Virus record (IMG/VR): IMGVR_UViG_3300044644_001125
Coordinates: 248,001 to 312,000 of that record
Strand: one strand, 5' to 3'
Length of the DNA: 64,000 nt
The notes beneath the pieces were generated by a model. The model saw only the letters and a list, made by a program, of their open reading frames with translations, had not been told where the DNA came from and did no database searches. Shown piece after piece: positions 17,031-27,966 of the stretch. Position 1 is the first letter of the stretch. Each line of letters begins with the position of its first letter. The position numbers and the translations under genes are program-made.

Positions 17031-18046
17031 GCCACATCCTAGTTGATTTATCAAATACGTTTTATAGAGCAAGATTCTCTATTAACGGTGATGTTGACCT
17101 TAAACTAGGTATGGCATTTCATATTACGCTACATTCAATTAAGAAAGCATGGGAAGACTTCGATGGTAGTCATGTTGTTGTTTTCTTAGAAGGTCGTAGT
17201 TGGCGTAAAGACTTCTATCCACCGTATAAACGTAATCGTTCTGATACCAGAGCAGCACATACTGAAAAGGAAGCAATTGAAGAAAAGGTTTTCTGGGAAG
17301 CGTATGAAAAGTTAGCAAACTTTCTAACTGAAAAGACTAACTGCACGGTATTGCAACATCCTCGTTTAGAAGCAGATGACTTGATTGCTGGTTGGATTCA
17401 AAACCATCCCAATGATAATCATGTTATTATTAGTACAGATAGTGATTTTTATCAGTTAATTGCACCGAATGTACGTCAGTATAACGGTGTTAGTGAAACG
17501 ACAGTGTGTGAAAGTGGGTTCTTTGATGTAAAAGGTAAGTTGGTTATTGATAAGAAAACCAACTTACCAAAACCACCACCAGATCCACAATGGCTGCTAT
17601 TTGAAAAATGCATACGTGGTGATACGTCTGATAATGTGTTTTCTGCTTATCCAGGGGTTCGTACCAAAGGTAGTAAAAACAAAGTTGGTTTACTTGAAGC
17701 ATTTGAAGACAAAAAACACAAAGGTTTCAGTTGGAATAACCTAATGTTGCAGAAATGGACAGATCACAACGGTACTGACCATCGTGTTTTAGATGATTAT
17801 AATCGCAATTGTACGTTGATTGATTTGACCAAACAACCAGCTGATGTACGTGCTATTATTGATGAAACAATTCGGTCAGTTGAACCAAAGTCTATTAATC
17901 AAGTGGGTTCTAGGTTGATTAAGTTTTGCGGATTGTATGATTTAAAGAAGATTTCAGACCAATCCATTAAGTATGCATCTCCATTAGGTGCTTCATATAC
18001 CACTAAAGGAGTAAAACATGAGCAATATGACTTTGCCGACAATTGA
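17027..18046 (+). CDS. rnh: 5'-3' exonuclease/flap endonuclease (T4 RNase H-like)
   Basis: ILVDLSN, WRKDFYPPYKRNR, EADDLIA, STDSDFYQL, GDTSDNV. Confidence 0.88.
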   Translation: MSHILVDLSNTFYRARFSINGDVDLKLGMAFHITLHSIKKAWEDFDGSHVVVFLEGRSWRKDFYPPYKRNRSDTRAAHTEKEAIEEKVFWEAYEKLANFLTEKTNCTVLQHPRLEADDLIAGWIQNHPNDNHVIISTDSDFYQLIAPNVRQYNGVSETTVCESGFFDVKGKLVIDKKTNLPKPPPDPQWLLFEKCIRGDTSDNVFSAYPGVRTKGSKNKVGLLEAFEDKKHKGFSWNNLMLQKWTDHNGTDHRVLDDYNRNCTLIDLTKQPADVRAIIDETIRSVEPKSINQVGSRLIKFCGLYDLKKISDQSIKYASPLGASYTTKGVKHEQYDFADN

Positions 18047-18254
18047 AAGATTGTTTCAACGAGTTGCAGCTGCTGAGAAATCTCAACAGAAAGATATTCG
18101 ACTTTCTATACAAGAAGCACGTGAGTTAGCCACTGAATTGGCTGGTATGACTATGAATCTAGGTAAAACAGTTACTGAAATTCATAGTATGTTAGCTGAA
18201 ATCAAAGAATCTTCTACATCAGTTGAAGTTAAGTTTGATGGTGGTGGTTTCTAG
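18018..18254 (+). CDS. Hypothetical protein
   Basis: Overlapping ORF in the operon; ends VKFDGGGF. Confidence 0.65.
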   Translation: MSNMTLPTIERLFQRVAAAEKSQQKDIRLSIQEARELATELAGMTMNLGKTVTEIHSMLAEIKESSTSVEVKFDGGGF

Positions 18255-18649
18255 TGGACTTGAAATCCAAGTATACTAGGATATTCCTTGAAGTGGCTGG
18301 ACTGCCAGTTGACGATAGTTCAGTAAAAGAACATAGAAGTCGCTGGTGGGCCAACCTAAGAGCAACTAACCGAGGTTTAAGATTAACCGAAAAAGGGTTG
18401 CAATTTTTACTTTACCGTGCTAATATAACTTCTTACGAAGTCAATTTAAAGATCGAAGGTGATGTAACTGCTCAACTTTTGTTGCAATTGGATGAATTTA
18501 TCACTTGCCCTTGGTTCGCAAAACATGGTATAATTGTTGTATTCTGTGAGAAAATGGCATTTGAATTAATGATATTTGATGGTGATCTTAAGAAGTTGGG
18601 TAATAACAAAGCATCTGCTAAGAAATTCCAGCAAGAAATCGGAGACTAA
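18254..18649 (+). CDS. Hypothetical protein
   Basis: WWANLR..GLRLTEKG; coupled to the upstream stop. Confidence 0.65.
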   Translation: MDLKSKYTRIFLEVAGLPVDDSSVKEHRSRWWANLRATNRGLRLTEKGLQFLLYRANITSYEVNLKIEGDVTAQLLLQLDEFITCPWFAKHGIIVVFCEKMAFELMIFDGDLKKLGNNKASAKKFQQEIGD

Positions 18650-18651
18650 AT

Positions 18652-18909
18652 ATGTTTACTCCACTTGACGCATTAAAGAAAAGAGAATTAAAAACCTTAC
18701 CACCACATTTCCATAAAATAGAGATGTGTTATGATAAGGAATCTGAAGTAAGAGAATGGATTCGAAATAGACTTTCAGGACGATTTTGTATAGTTAGATA
18801 TCCTAGTAATAACAAGGATTCTGGAAAAACCGCCACCTATGTGGCTTTTGAAAACATGCATGAACTCACGTATTTCGCGTTAGCATGCACATTCTTTAGA
18901 GGAAATTAA
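18652..18909 (+). CDS. Hypothetical protein
   Basis: GGAG RBS; WIRNRLSGRF..VAFE..ELTYF. Confidence 0.65.
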   Translation: MFTPLDALKKRELKTLPPHFHKIEMCYDKESEVREWIRNRLSGRFCIVRYPSNNKDSGKTATYVAFENMHELTYFALACTFFRGN

Positions 18910-18910
18910 A

Positions 18911-19189
18911 ATGACTGAAGCTGTATTAGAAGCAACAACCGCAACCGTAGAATCTACAGAAACTGTTGACACAGCGGCAACAACCGCAGCAGAAGCATCG
19001 ACACAAGCTGCTGACGCAGCGGCTGCACCTGAATTAACATTAAATGACTTAGCTGTATTACGCCAAATCATCGAAGTTGCATCACAACGCGGTGCATTCA
19101 AAGCGGCTGAATTAGAAGCAGTTGGTAAAGCATTCAATAAATTATCAGCATTCTTAGATGCTGCAACTGAATCAGCAGCACAAGGCTAA
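18911..19189 (+). CDS. Hypothetical protein
   Basis: LTLNDLAVLRQIIEVASQRGAFKAAEL; codon usage suggests high expression. Confidence 0.7.
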   Translation: MTEAVLEATTATVESTETVDTAATTAAEASTQAADAAAAPELTLNDLAVLRQIIEVASQRGAFKAAELEAVGKAFNKLSAFLDAATESAAQG

Positions 19190-19195
19190 TCAATC

Positions 19196-19981
19196 ATGAG
19201 AACTCTCAAACACATTGGTAAAATTGCAAAAACCAAGGAAAATGTTCTTGTTGTATTCAGAACATTACCAGGTGATTCAGGCAGTGCTTTAGTATTACCA
19301 ACTGCTGGTTTGTCAGATTTGTATCATGATGCAGTGAATCAGTTGGTTGAAACAATTCAAGCACAAGAATCATTTGAGTTTGGTGAAATCTTATTCACTC
19401 GTATGTTCCCAGATGGTCGTCCAATGTTACGTGCATTGCGTGCTGATGGGTTGTTACATAAAGTACCAACTGATTCAGTTATGATGATGCCTACGTTGAA
19501 TGATGAAATCTTGTTGTCAGATTTGAATGTTTTAATTGCAGAACAACGCAATTGTGCAGTTGATGATTTGTGCCAGTTTGTTTCTGGTGCTAAAGCAAAT
19601 GCTGCTGCAAACGAAAATGCAGATCCAGTTCAAGATTTAGGTCGTGATGTTGGTGAACCAGCTAGAGCACAAGCTCCAGTTGCGCCGCTACAAGCCAATA
19701 CAAATGCTGTATTGTCTGATGCAGATATTGCTAAAAGCTATCGTAGCCAAGCAGAAGCTCTTTTGAAAGAAGCTGCTGAATTACGTAAACAAGCTGATGA
19801 CTTAGATCCACCTGCTGTGGTTGCAACCGTTGAAGCCAAACCAGCAGTAAAAGCACAGGCTAAACCTGCTGCAAAGACTGCTACTAAAGCTCCTGTAAAA
19901 ACAGTAGCTAAAACTGCTACGAAAACCGTTGCTAAGACTACTTCTAAAGTAGTTGAATCAAAGGAAACTTCTGACGTTTAA
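19196..19981 (+). CDS. Hypothetical protein with a K/A/T-rich histone-like C-terminal tail
   Basis: LKHIG..FRTLPG N-terminal domain; AKPAAKTATKAPVKTVAKT tail. Confidence 0.7.
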   Translation: MRTLKHIGKIAKTKENVLVVFRTLPGDSGSALVLPTAGLSDLYHDAVNQLVETIQAQESFEFGEILFTRMFPDGRPMLRALRADGLLHKVPTDSVMMMPTLNDEILLSDLNVLIAEQRNCAVDDLCQFVSGAKANAAANENADPVQDLGRDVGEPARAQAPVAPLQANTNAVLSDADIAKSYRSQAEALLKEAAELRKQADDLDPPAVVATVEAKPAVKAQAKPAAKTATKAPVKTVAKTATKTVAKTTSKVVESKETSDV

Positions 19982-19995
19982 TGTTTTGAATGTTG

Positions 19996-20030
19996 AAAAG
20001 CCCCAGAAGTTTTACTTCTGGGGCTTTTTT
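19996..20030. terminator. Bidirectional intrinsic terminator between convergent modules
   Basis: AAAAGCCCCAGAAGT-ttt-ACTTCTGGGGCTTTT. Confidence 0.9.
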
Positions 20031-20035
20031 GTTGT

Positions 20036-23000
20036 TTATGGTAATATTTCAATTGTAATCGAACCGTCAGCACCTTTTGCACCTGATTCGGTTCGAGAAG
20101 AACCAACATAAGTACTTCCAGCGCCACCATTCTTCGTATATAATACTGTTGGTGTTCCAACAATATTATCAGGATTATACATTAATACACCAGCCGATCC
20201 ACCGTATGCGTTCGTTGCAGGTGATTCTTCTGAACGACCATACTCACCACCCAATCCGCCACCAGCACCACCAGCACCACCACCAGAACTATGATATGAA
20301 GTACTAAATGTACCATTTGTTCCACTAACTATATATGAACCATTCAGCGGAATCACAGTGCCAACCAATAATGATAGCGTACTCCAAATGATTGATCCTG
20401 CTTGGTTTTTTATTACGATTGCACCTGAACCGGGTGAATTTGCTACTGTATTGGTTGCTGTGAAATATAGAGTATGTTGGCCCTGCGATAATGTTATTGT
20501 TGTGGTTTTTTCCGATGGGTAATGTGCAGAATACATAGTACCATAGTCTATATTCCAATGTATTTCATCATCCGCAGCGTATTCTACCGTGTATTGACCG
20601 GCTGGTAATGAGCCTAAATCAATAGCTTCGGTGATACTACCATTCGGACTAACAATACTTCGATAACTACCTTTCCAAACACCGTATGTTTTTAAAGTAG
20701 CTGGCCATGTACTGTATACCGTTGGTGTTTTATACCATCCGCTATTACTAATACCAGATAACCCAGGATATCCATTATATTCACCACCGCCACCGCCACC
20801 GGCACCACCTGCAAATACTAGGATTGATGGAGTTGCAGATGGTAGAAATACAGCAGATGCTCCACCGCCACCGCCACCGGCACCAGAACCCTCTGGGTGA
20901 ACACCCGCATTTCCACCCAAACCACCAGATATTACAGGTATTCCTGAAACACTACCCCATGAACCACCAACACCACCACCCGTACCATTATTAAATGATT
21001 TACCACCAACACCACCAGCACCAACTGCCATAATCAATGAATGATGTGATATATTATATGATGCAATTACGGTATTCGCGTCACCACCATCACCACCTCG
21101 ATTGGTAGTACCGTCACCATTAGAACCGCCACCACCACCTGCACCACCACGAACTGTTAATTTAACTTTCGTAGCAGATGCTGGTAATGCCGCTATATAG
21201 TTAACGGATTTTGTTAATGGGAATCTATCTATAATTCTCAATTGAACTGTACCATTAATGTAACTATTTGTACTAGCAACGATTGAAACTTCCGGTAAAC
21301 TTCCAGATACTGCCGCTGTACTGGTTTTTAGAACCAACGTACAATTCCCTGATGTATTTGTAGTTACAGTTCCAGTATTTTGGCCATTTTGATCGGTAAC
21401 ACCAAAAGATGATGGAATTGACCAATTTAATACTGTTACAGTCGTACAATTAGATACTACAACTGCAAGAGTTATCGTACTACCCAACGTTAATTCCAGA
21501 TTGGTATTTGTAACGCTAATTGCTTGACCAGTCGCGGTGAAACTTAACGATGGGGTATGTCCAGATTGCGCAAATGTTACAACTGCCGAGACAGAACCAC
21601 TTGCACTTGGAATTACTTGGAATGTGTTTTTTGTTGGATCTGCGACTATTGTTCCAGATGTTACAGGAATACTAGCATTCACTATACTCCCAACCGTATA
21701 ACTATCACCGACTTTGGCATTTAATATTTTAGCAGTATATGGTGCACCAGCGTAATACGGTGCTGTTTGAACCATACTAACAGATTCGGTTGAGTATATG
21801 AAATGGGTAGTGTGATCAGTTGTTATATTACCACTGACACAATTAATCCTAGTTATTACATCTGCGACACTATTGGATGTAAATGTACCAGTACCAGCGC
21901 CATTCGCATCTAATTGACGCATTGATGATCTAGTATACGTGCTACCGGTTTTGGTTTCTAGGTAATAATAACCATTCGCTGTACCGTTTGATACGGTATA
22001 TGTTACATTCGAATCTACATTAGCTGTACCATCTGGTGAGTATATAACAGTTGCAGTTGGTGCAGATACAGTAGAAACAGCCAACGTGCTAGTAAAAGAT
22101 GGATAATATTTGGCATTTGAAATAGTAGCAACTACATTAAAATCTTGATGCGGCTGCGCAATTCCAACATCATATGAACTATTTGTGCTATTAACAAATT
22201 CACCTGGGGTGAAGGTTATTAACGGATTTGTGAATCCGGTATCTGATGTCGCATAGGCTTTAACGGTATAATTAAATTTATCACCGACAATTGAACCAAC
22301 TGGCCATGAAGTCATTGATAACGTTAATTTGGTATACACAATCTTAGTATTTGGATCGGTATAATTAGCACCCTTTACAAATAAACCGGGGAATGTAGAA
22401 GTATCATTGATTTTAACTCTGCAGGTTCCACTATATGTTTGTGAAGCAACTATAACAGACGCTGTTAATATAAAGGTTTCACTACCTTCATTAAATGAAC
22501 TATCAGCTGCTATCGTTAATGGTATATTACAGGTTCCTGTAGTTGAACCGGACGGTACTATAGTGTGGGCAATACCCGACAAGGAAGCTGGGCTGAAGTC
22601 AGTAGCTGTTATACCAGTAGTACCACTCGCATTGGTGATAGTCCAATTAACAGTTGCATTGTTTGGAACATTCTGAGTGGTAACATCAACTGATATACCA
22701 GTTCCTTCATTAACTCCAGTAGTAAGCCAATTTGGATTTTGGTATAATGATATAGAAGGAACTGGAGTTCCAGATGTATCTCTCAACCATAGATAAAATG
22801 CACTTGATTGTATAACAGTACTACCGTTAGATTCCCAGCGTGCTCGAATTTTTAGTCTAATATCGCCATCCGTGGTATTGTTTGCCTTAGCCGCAATCTG
22901 AAAATATGCAGTGCTATCTGCAACAGTAACAGTACCAGTTGTAGCACTTGTGTTTGGTGGTACAATATCTAATCTATTAGATACATCTTGACCTGTTTCA

Positions 23001-24352
23001 CCAGTAACTTCCCATATAATAGGAGTGTCATTTGGTATACCAGTCGTGGTTATATTAATAGTTGCTTGTTTATTAGTGGTTTCGTTGATTTCTGTAGAAA
23101 CCGACCCAACAGTTAATGATACCGTATCAATGATAGTTATGATATTACTTGATGCTAATTGATTAGCATTTGGTAGAGTTGGATCTATATCAGATATGAA
23201 CAATTGTAACGTATTGGAGTCTAATATACCATCTTCTTTAATTTGAATATTAAAGTTATGCTGACCATTTACTAGTGTAATCTGACCAGTCATTGCAATA
23301 TTACCGCCAACAACCGGTGCTGTTAAATCTGCAGACGATACATTTCCACCAATAAAATACCAAACAGTTGATGGTCCACTGAAAACAGAAACCGACGCTA
23401 CGACGGTACTTCCTTCAAACGCAATACCTGGCGTGCCGGAATTAGCAGTTAATGTAACCTGATAACCGGGCATTGATGTTAACTCATATGTGGTAGCAAC
23501 TGTGGGTGCAGCCAACGATACGTTGTTGCCAGTTGCGATTCTATAAGTTACGCTACTTGTCAATGTACCAGAAACTAGTAAATCAGATGGTGTTTCTGCA
23601 ACGGCATCGTTAAATAGTATACTAACATCAACATATTGCCCCGTTTTAGAAGCAGTTACTGCGTATGAATTTGCAGCATATGTGCCAGTATCATTCGCCG
23701 TGAATACAGCTTGCGGCGAGCCAGTTAACGAATAATATCCTAATGCACTACCAGTTCCAGCACCAGTCGATGCTGTTGAATGGTGTTTAATTTTAATGGT
23801 TTTTAAACTAGCTAAGAATGCGTTCCACGAAGTACTCTTTGCACCAACCGGACTAGCTAAATTTGCATTCAATTGAATTTCACCACCAGCGTTAAAGAAG
23901 TAATTTGCTTTTAATGCAGTTCCAAAATCAAATCTAACTGTATGCTTAACTTGATTGTTCCAAGAAGTTGAACGAGTGCTTAACCCACCTGGTGATACCG
24001 CAGCTGGTGTTGTCGATTGATTGTCAGCCATGTCCCATTTATATGTTTCAATATTGGTCATAAATGGCTCAAAGAAATTCGTATAATCTGCATCATTGAT
24101 TATAGAATCTTTCAATATCATGGGTAAATCAGTCGCTAATACAATGGTACCAGTTTGATGTTGCCTTGCAAGTACCATATCTGTTCTTAGCTTCTGCATG
24201 TCAACTGCTTGTATTAGTGGTAGAGGAGATCCGGTTATTTGTGAGCTACCAACATTACTACCATAGCCAGTATCAGCAGTTCCTAAAACCGCAGCAATTC
24301 TAGCTTGTAAGTCATTATATCGTTTTTTGGTAATTAGGTCTGTACGAGCCAT
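20036..24352 (-). CDS. Long tail fibre/adhesin with Ig-like repeats and a glycine-rich C-terminal domain
   Basis: T/S/G-rich beta repeats, GGAGGGGG tracts, terminal GADGSITIE; last gene of the tail operon. Confidence 0.75.
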   Translation of the reverse strand: MARTDLITKKRYNDLQARIAAVLGTADTGYGSNVGSSQITGSPLPLIQAVDMQKLRTDMVLARQHQTGTIVLATDLPMILKDSIINDADYTNFFEPFMTNIETYKWDMADNQSTTPAAVSPGGLSTRSTSWNNQVKHTVRFDFGTALKANYFFNAGGEIQLNANLASPVGAKSTSWNAFLASLKTIKIKHHSTASTGAGTGSALGYYSLTGSPQAVFTANDTGTYAANSYAVTASKTGQYVDVSILFNDAVAETPSDLLVSGTLTSSVTYRIATGNNVSLAAPTVATTYELTSMPGYQVTLTANSGTPGIAFEGSTVVASVSVFSGPSTVWYFIGGNVSSADLTAPVVGGNIAMTGQITLVNGQHNFNIQIKEDGILDSNTLQLFISDIDPTLPNANQLASSNIITIIDTVSLTVGSVSTEINETTNKQATINITTTGIPNDTPIIWEVTGETGQDVSNRLDIVPPNTSATTGTVTVADSTAYFQIAAKANNTTDGDIRLKIRARWESNGSTVIQSSAFYLWLRDTSGTPVPSISLYQNPNWLTTGVNEGTGISVDVTTQNVPNNATVNWTITNASGTTGITATDFSPASLSGIAHTIVPSGSTTGTCNIPLTIAADSSFNEGSETFILTASVIVASQTYSGTCRVKINDTSTFPGLFVKGANYTDPNTKIVYTKLTLSMTSWPVGSIVGDKFNYTVKAYATSDTGFTNPLITFTPGEFVNSTNSSYDVGIAQPHQDFNVVATISNAKYYPSFTSTLAVSTVSAPTATVIYSPDGTANVDSNVTYTVSNGTANGYYYLETKTGSTYTRSSMRQLDANGAGTGTFTSNSVADVITRINCVSGNITTDHTTHFIYSTESVSMVQTAPYYAGAPYTAKILNAKVGDSYTVGSIVNASIPVTSGTIVADPTKNTFQVIPSASGSVSAVVTFAQSGHTPSLSFTATGQAISVTNTNLELTLGSTITLAVVVSNCTTVTVLNWSIPSSFGVTDQNGQNTGTVTTNTSGNCTLVLKTSTAAVSGSLPEVSIVASTNSYINGTVQLRIIDRFPLTKSVNYIAALPASATKVKLTVRGGAGGGGGSNGDGTTNRGGDGGDANTVIASYNISHHSLIMAVGAGGVGGKSFNNGTGGGVGGSWGSVSGIPVISGGLGGNAGVHPEGSGAGGGGGGASAVFLPSATPSILVFAGGAGGGGGGEYNGYPGLSGISNSGWYKTPTVYSTWPATLKTYGVWKGSYRSIVSPNGSITEAIDLGSLPAGQYTVEYAADDEIHWNIDYGTMYSAHYPSEKTTTITLSQGQHTLYFTATNTVANSPGSGAIVIKNQAGSIIWSTLSLLVGTVIPLNGSYIVSGTNGTFSTSYHSSGGGAGGAGGGLGGEYGRSEESPATNAYGGSAGVLMYNPDNIVGTPTVLYTKNGGAGSTYVGSSRTESGAKGADGSITIEILP

Positions 24353-24366
24353 TGTAAATCCTTATA

Positions 24367-26121
24367 TTAAAGCACAACTGCTTCGATTAATCGTATGTCG
24401 GTTGTATTATTAGTCTCTAAAGCAATTGCGAAAATATGATTGCTTGGTGATTTTGTTGTAACTGCAGTGCCGTCTACACCTGCTGTTAATTTGTCACCCT
24501 TTGTAACTGGACCACTAACCAAAACAGGAACTCTTCCTTTCAATGCGATGTAGGTACCATTAACCAATCCACTATTCATCATAAACGCTGGGTGTTCACT
24601 AACAACGCCAATTGCATAATCATCAATATTACATGCGGTTACTTCGACTGTTCCACCAATAGAAACTACAGTACCAACTGGGTATTCTTTATCTGTTAGG
24701 TATTTTTCAGCTAAATCAGCATATTGAGCCGACGTTGCAACACCATTAAATTTGTTAGCTGCGATGTCCATGTTACCATCACGCACCGCGATAGTGTTAG
24801 CAAGTTTTGCAATAGTTGCAGTTTTATAAACAGTATCACCAACACCAGAAACCGTATAATCTTGAACTTTTAATTTGTTAGCAGTATCAATAGTTCCGAT
24901 TACACTGTTTACGTTGATAGCACCGTTGGCATCACGAACAACAACAGTATTTGGTGTTGCTGGTATACTTGGATTTAAACCGGTAAGTTGTGTAGCACTA
25001 CCAGTCAAAGTACCAGTTACATTACCGGTGAATGTACGATTGGTTGCATGTAGTAATACATCACCATTAGATGCTAATACATTACCGGTTACGTTACCGG
25101 TTACGTTACCAGTTACGTTACCAGCCACCGTACCTGTTATATCACCAACAAATGTAGGTGCTGACACAGTACCAGTCGAGTTTAAAGTAGAAACGTATGC
25201 GGCATTCCATCTATTTGTCGTAGCACCTAAATCAACCACACCACCATTACCAGGCATTACAATTTGTTTACCAATAACTAAAACACCTTGGGTTGCAGTA
25301 CTACTTGCAATTTTAAAAGTGATTGGGTTTTCTAGTGTATTTTCAAGAATTACTTGATCGCTACCATCAATTCTAACGGATAAATCGTTGTTATTACCAA
25401 CAGTGAATCCAGGGTTTTTAAAGTGAACAAGTGTTTCAAATGTTGGATTATCACGACGCATATAATATTGAGCATCAAACCCACCCAATTGAAGAGCATT
25501 TGATGTAGTACCCCAGTAAATCCAATCGCCTAAACTAACACCAGATGAACTTTTTGCTAGTGTTACACCTTGTTTAATGATCGTAAAATCAGGAATAACG
25601 TCAGCACTCAATTGAAATTCTGCATCTTGATTCAATACGATAACTACCTTACCATTCGCAGATAGGGTCGTAATTTTATGAGTAACACCAGTTGTATCCA
25701 TTACGGTTGGTGATGCTAATGATGATTGCCCAGTCGTTAAATCTGGACCAATAAGTTTAAATGTAGTTCCATCCCAAGCATGTAGTTGAAGAGTGTTACT
25801 ATTGAACCACAAATCACCACGTGCTGGATTTACTGGTTCTACTGAACCAAATTCCGCACCACCTAGTACTTTGAACTTTTCACTGTCATATACTTTTATT
25901 TTTTTGGTACCAGTGTCGTACCATAACTGGCCTTGAATTGCTTTGGGTGGCTGAGTTGCATTTGCAAAACTTTCCAAAATATGAAGGAAGTTTTCATTTT
26001 GAACTTCACCATAACCAGCATAATTCTTACCAATAAAGGTTAAATCAGTTGAGGTATCGATAGTACCATCGGCAACTGTTGTTAATTGTGTTCCATTAAA
26101 TTTGTTTACTTGATATGCCAT
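24367..26121 (-). CDS. Tail fibre protein with a C-terminal autoproteolytic chaperone-like domain
   Basis: Shared N-module GKNYAGYGEVQNENFLHILESFA..GQLWYD; GNVT repeats; YADLAEKY..ALKGRVP. Confidence 0.75.
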   Translation of the reverse strand: MAYQVNKFNGTQLTTVADGTIDTSTDLTFIGKNYAGYGEVQNENFLHILESFANATQPPKAIQGQLWYDTGTKKIKVYDSEKFKVLGGAEFGSVEPVNPARGDLWFNSNTLQLHAWDGTTFKLIGPDLTTGQSSLASPTVMDTTGVTHKITTLSANGKVVIVLNQDAEFQLSADVIPDFTIIKQGVTLAKSSSGVSLGDWIYWGTTSNALQLGGFDAQYYMRRDNPTFETLVHFKNPGFTVGNNNDLSVRIDGSDQVILENTLENPITFKIASSTATQGVLVIGKQIVMPGNGGVVDLGATTNRWNAAYVSTLNSTGTVSAPTFVGDITGTVAGNVTGNVTGNVTGNVLASNGDVLLHATNRTFTGNVTGTLTGSATQLTGLNPSIPATPNTVVVRDANGAINVNSVIGTIDTANKLKVQDYTVSGVGDTVYKTATIAKLANTIAVRDGNMDIAANKFNGVATSAQYADLAEKYLTDKEYPVGTVVSIGGTVEVTACNIDDYAIGVVSEHPAFMMNSGLVNGTYIALKGRVPVLVSGPVTKGDKLTAGVDGTAVTTKSPSNHIFAIALETNNTTDIRLIEAVVL

Positions 26122-26157
26122 TACTTAACTCCATGGGGCTTCATTATATTTAGCCGT

Positions 26158-27948
26158 TTAAACTCGACCTACAACGATGTTAATAACACCATATTCACCA
26201 TCAAAATCCTCAATGGCTTTACCAATCACTGTTCCAATTTTAGGGTGTGTGTCTGAAATAGCATACCCATTACTACCACTAACCATCAAATCACCTTTTT
26301 TTACAGTTCCAGTAACTTTACATGGTACTTTACCTTGTAGTGCTACTGGAACAACGAACTCGCCAGATGCCATTGAATTCATCAAATAAGCAGGTTGTGT
26401 CGAAACGACACCAGCGACTCTTGGTGATTTACTCGAACCGATTGTGACTTCAAACTCACCACCAAACTCAACTACTGTACCAGCAGGATATTGACTATCT
26501 GCTATATAGTTTTCAGCCAAGTCAGCATATTGCGCTTGTGTTGCAACACCATTGAATTCAGTTGCATAGATTTTGTTGAATTTATATGCGGTTGAACCAA
26601 GATTAACTGATTGCTTCGTATAGATGGTTGCTTTAGAATCCCAGTTCAGCAAACCAGCAGCAGTTGATGTGATAAATGATAATGATGCACCAGTAGTGCC
26701 CATATCCACATCTAAGTTACCAGTCGTTGATTTAATTGTTGGTGCTGATGTTGATACTGACAATTTAAGTTGGCTACCGTTATCTGGACCGACTGTAATA
26801 CCAGTATTTGCAACATACAGCATATCTAAAGTACCAAGTGTTTTTAGATTAGACGAAACTACAGTTGGATTTAATGATGTACCAGTCAACGTAGTTGCGT
26901 TTGCTGGTGGGTCGATATCTCTAGTTCCATCAAACAACACACCATTGATACGACGTGCAGTTGCTAATTGTGTTGCAGTATTTGAATTACCGGATAAGTT
27001 AGCACCTCTGAATTCTTTTGCTTGTACGATACCAAACGTGCTTAGTGATGTATCAGGTGCAGTGACAGTTCCAGTAACATTACCAACTAAGTTTGCAGTA
27101 ACAGTACCAGCACTAAAAGATCCGTTTCCATCCCTGACAACAACCGTACCTGGTGAAGAAGTAGAAGCAGCATTTAATGTCCAAATTTGTTCTGAAGTTC
27201 CATCAAAATCATTACCTAAAAGATAATTGCCTGCTTTTAGTAACTTAGTTGTACCAGCCTTGAGCGTAATTGAGCTTTCACCAGTAAACCCAACACCATT
27301 GATGGTAACTGTATTCTTCAATCTAGTAGCAGTATCAGCATTACCTGAAAATGCACCTTTCATTGAAAGTACACTAGAAATCGTTAATCCAGCAACTAAG
27401 TCTAAAAAACCATTGATTGGGTTTGATGCAGCAATAGTAAACGCAGTAGCTGAACAAACAGCAATTGCAACGTCATTTACTGTTAAAATTAATATTGGTC
27501 TAGTTGTACCGGTAGAATCAACCACGCTAGTTGCTTTAGCTCTGGTAGTACCAAAGTTAACAACAGATTCGGGTCCAATAAATTGCCATTCAAAATTATG
27601 ATAGGCATGTAATTGGGATGATTTTGTATCGAACCATAACTGGCCTGGTGTTGGTGTTAACGGTGCGGTGTCAGTTACGGTAGCTGAACCAATTGGACTC
27701 CAATTTGAACCATTGTATACATTTAAAATATTTGAGTTCGTATCAAACCAAGTTTGACCAGTAACTGGTCTATTAGGAGCACCATCATTAGCAAAGTTTT
27801 CTAAAAGATAAAGGAAGTTTTCATTTTGAATTTCACCATATCCTACATAGTTTCTACCAACTAATCCAATATTAGAATCAACGTTAAGTTGACCATCTTG
27901 TAAGGTCGTAAATTCAGTTCCATTGAATTTATTAATTGTATAAGGCAT
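26158..27948 (-). CDS. Tail fibre protein with a C-terminal autoproteolytic chaperone-like domain
   Basis: Shared N-module; ATARRINGVLFDGT fibre motif; YADLAENY..ALQGKVPCKV. Confidence 0.75.
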   Translation of the reverse strand: MPYTINKFNGTEFTTLQDGQLNVDSNIGLVGRNYVGYGEIQNENFLYLLENFANDGAPNRPVTGQTWFDTNSNILNVYNGSNWSPIGSATVTDTAPLTPTPGQLWFDTKSSQLHAYHNFEWQFIGPESVVNFGTTRAKATSVVDSTGTTRPILILTVNDVAIAVCSATAFTIAASNPINGFLDLVAGLTISSVLSMKGAFSGNADTATRLKNTVTINGVGFTGESSITLKAGTTKLLKAGNYLLGNDFDGTSEQIWTLNAASTSSPGTVVVRDGNGSFSAGTVTANLVGNVTGTVTAPDTSLSTFGIVQAKEFRGANLSGNSNTATQLATARRINGVLFDGTRDIDPPANATTLTGTSLNPTVVSSNLKTLGTLDMLYVANTGITVGPDNGSQLKLSVSTSAPTIKSTTGNLDVDMGTTGASLSFITSTAAGLLNWDSKATIYTKQSVNLGSTAYKFNKIYATEFNGVATQAQYADLAENYIADSQYPAGTVVEFGGEFEVTIGSSKSPRVAGVVSTQPAYLMNSMASGEFVVPVALQGKVPCKVTGTVKKGDLMVSGSNGYAISDTHPKIGTVIGKAIEDFDGEYGVINIVVGRV

Positions 27949-27966
27949 TTCTAATCTCTCCTGAAC

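Noticed and set aside
25081-25130. 12-bp tandem repeat
   Set aside because: It simply encodes GNVT fibre repeats
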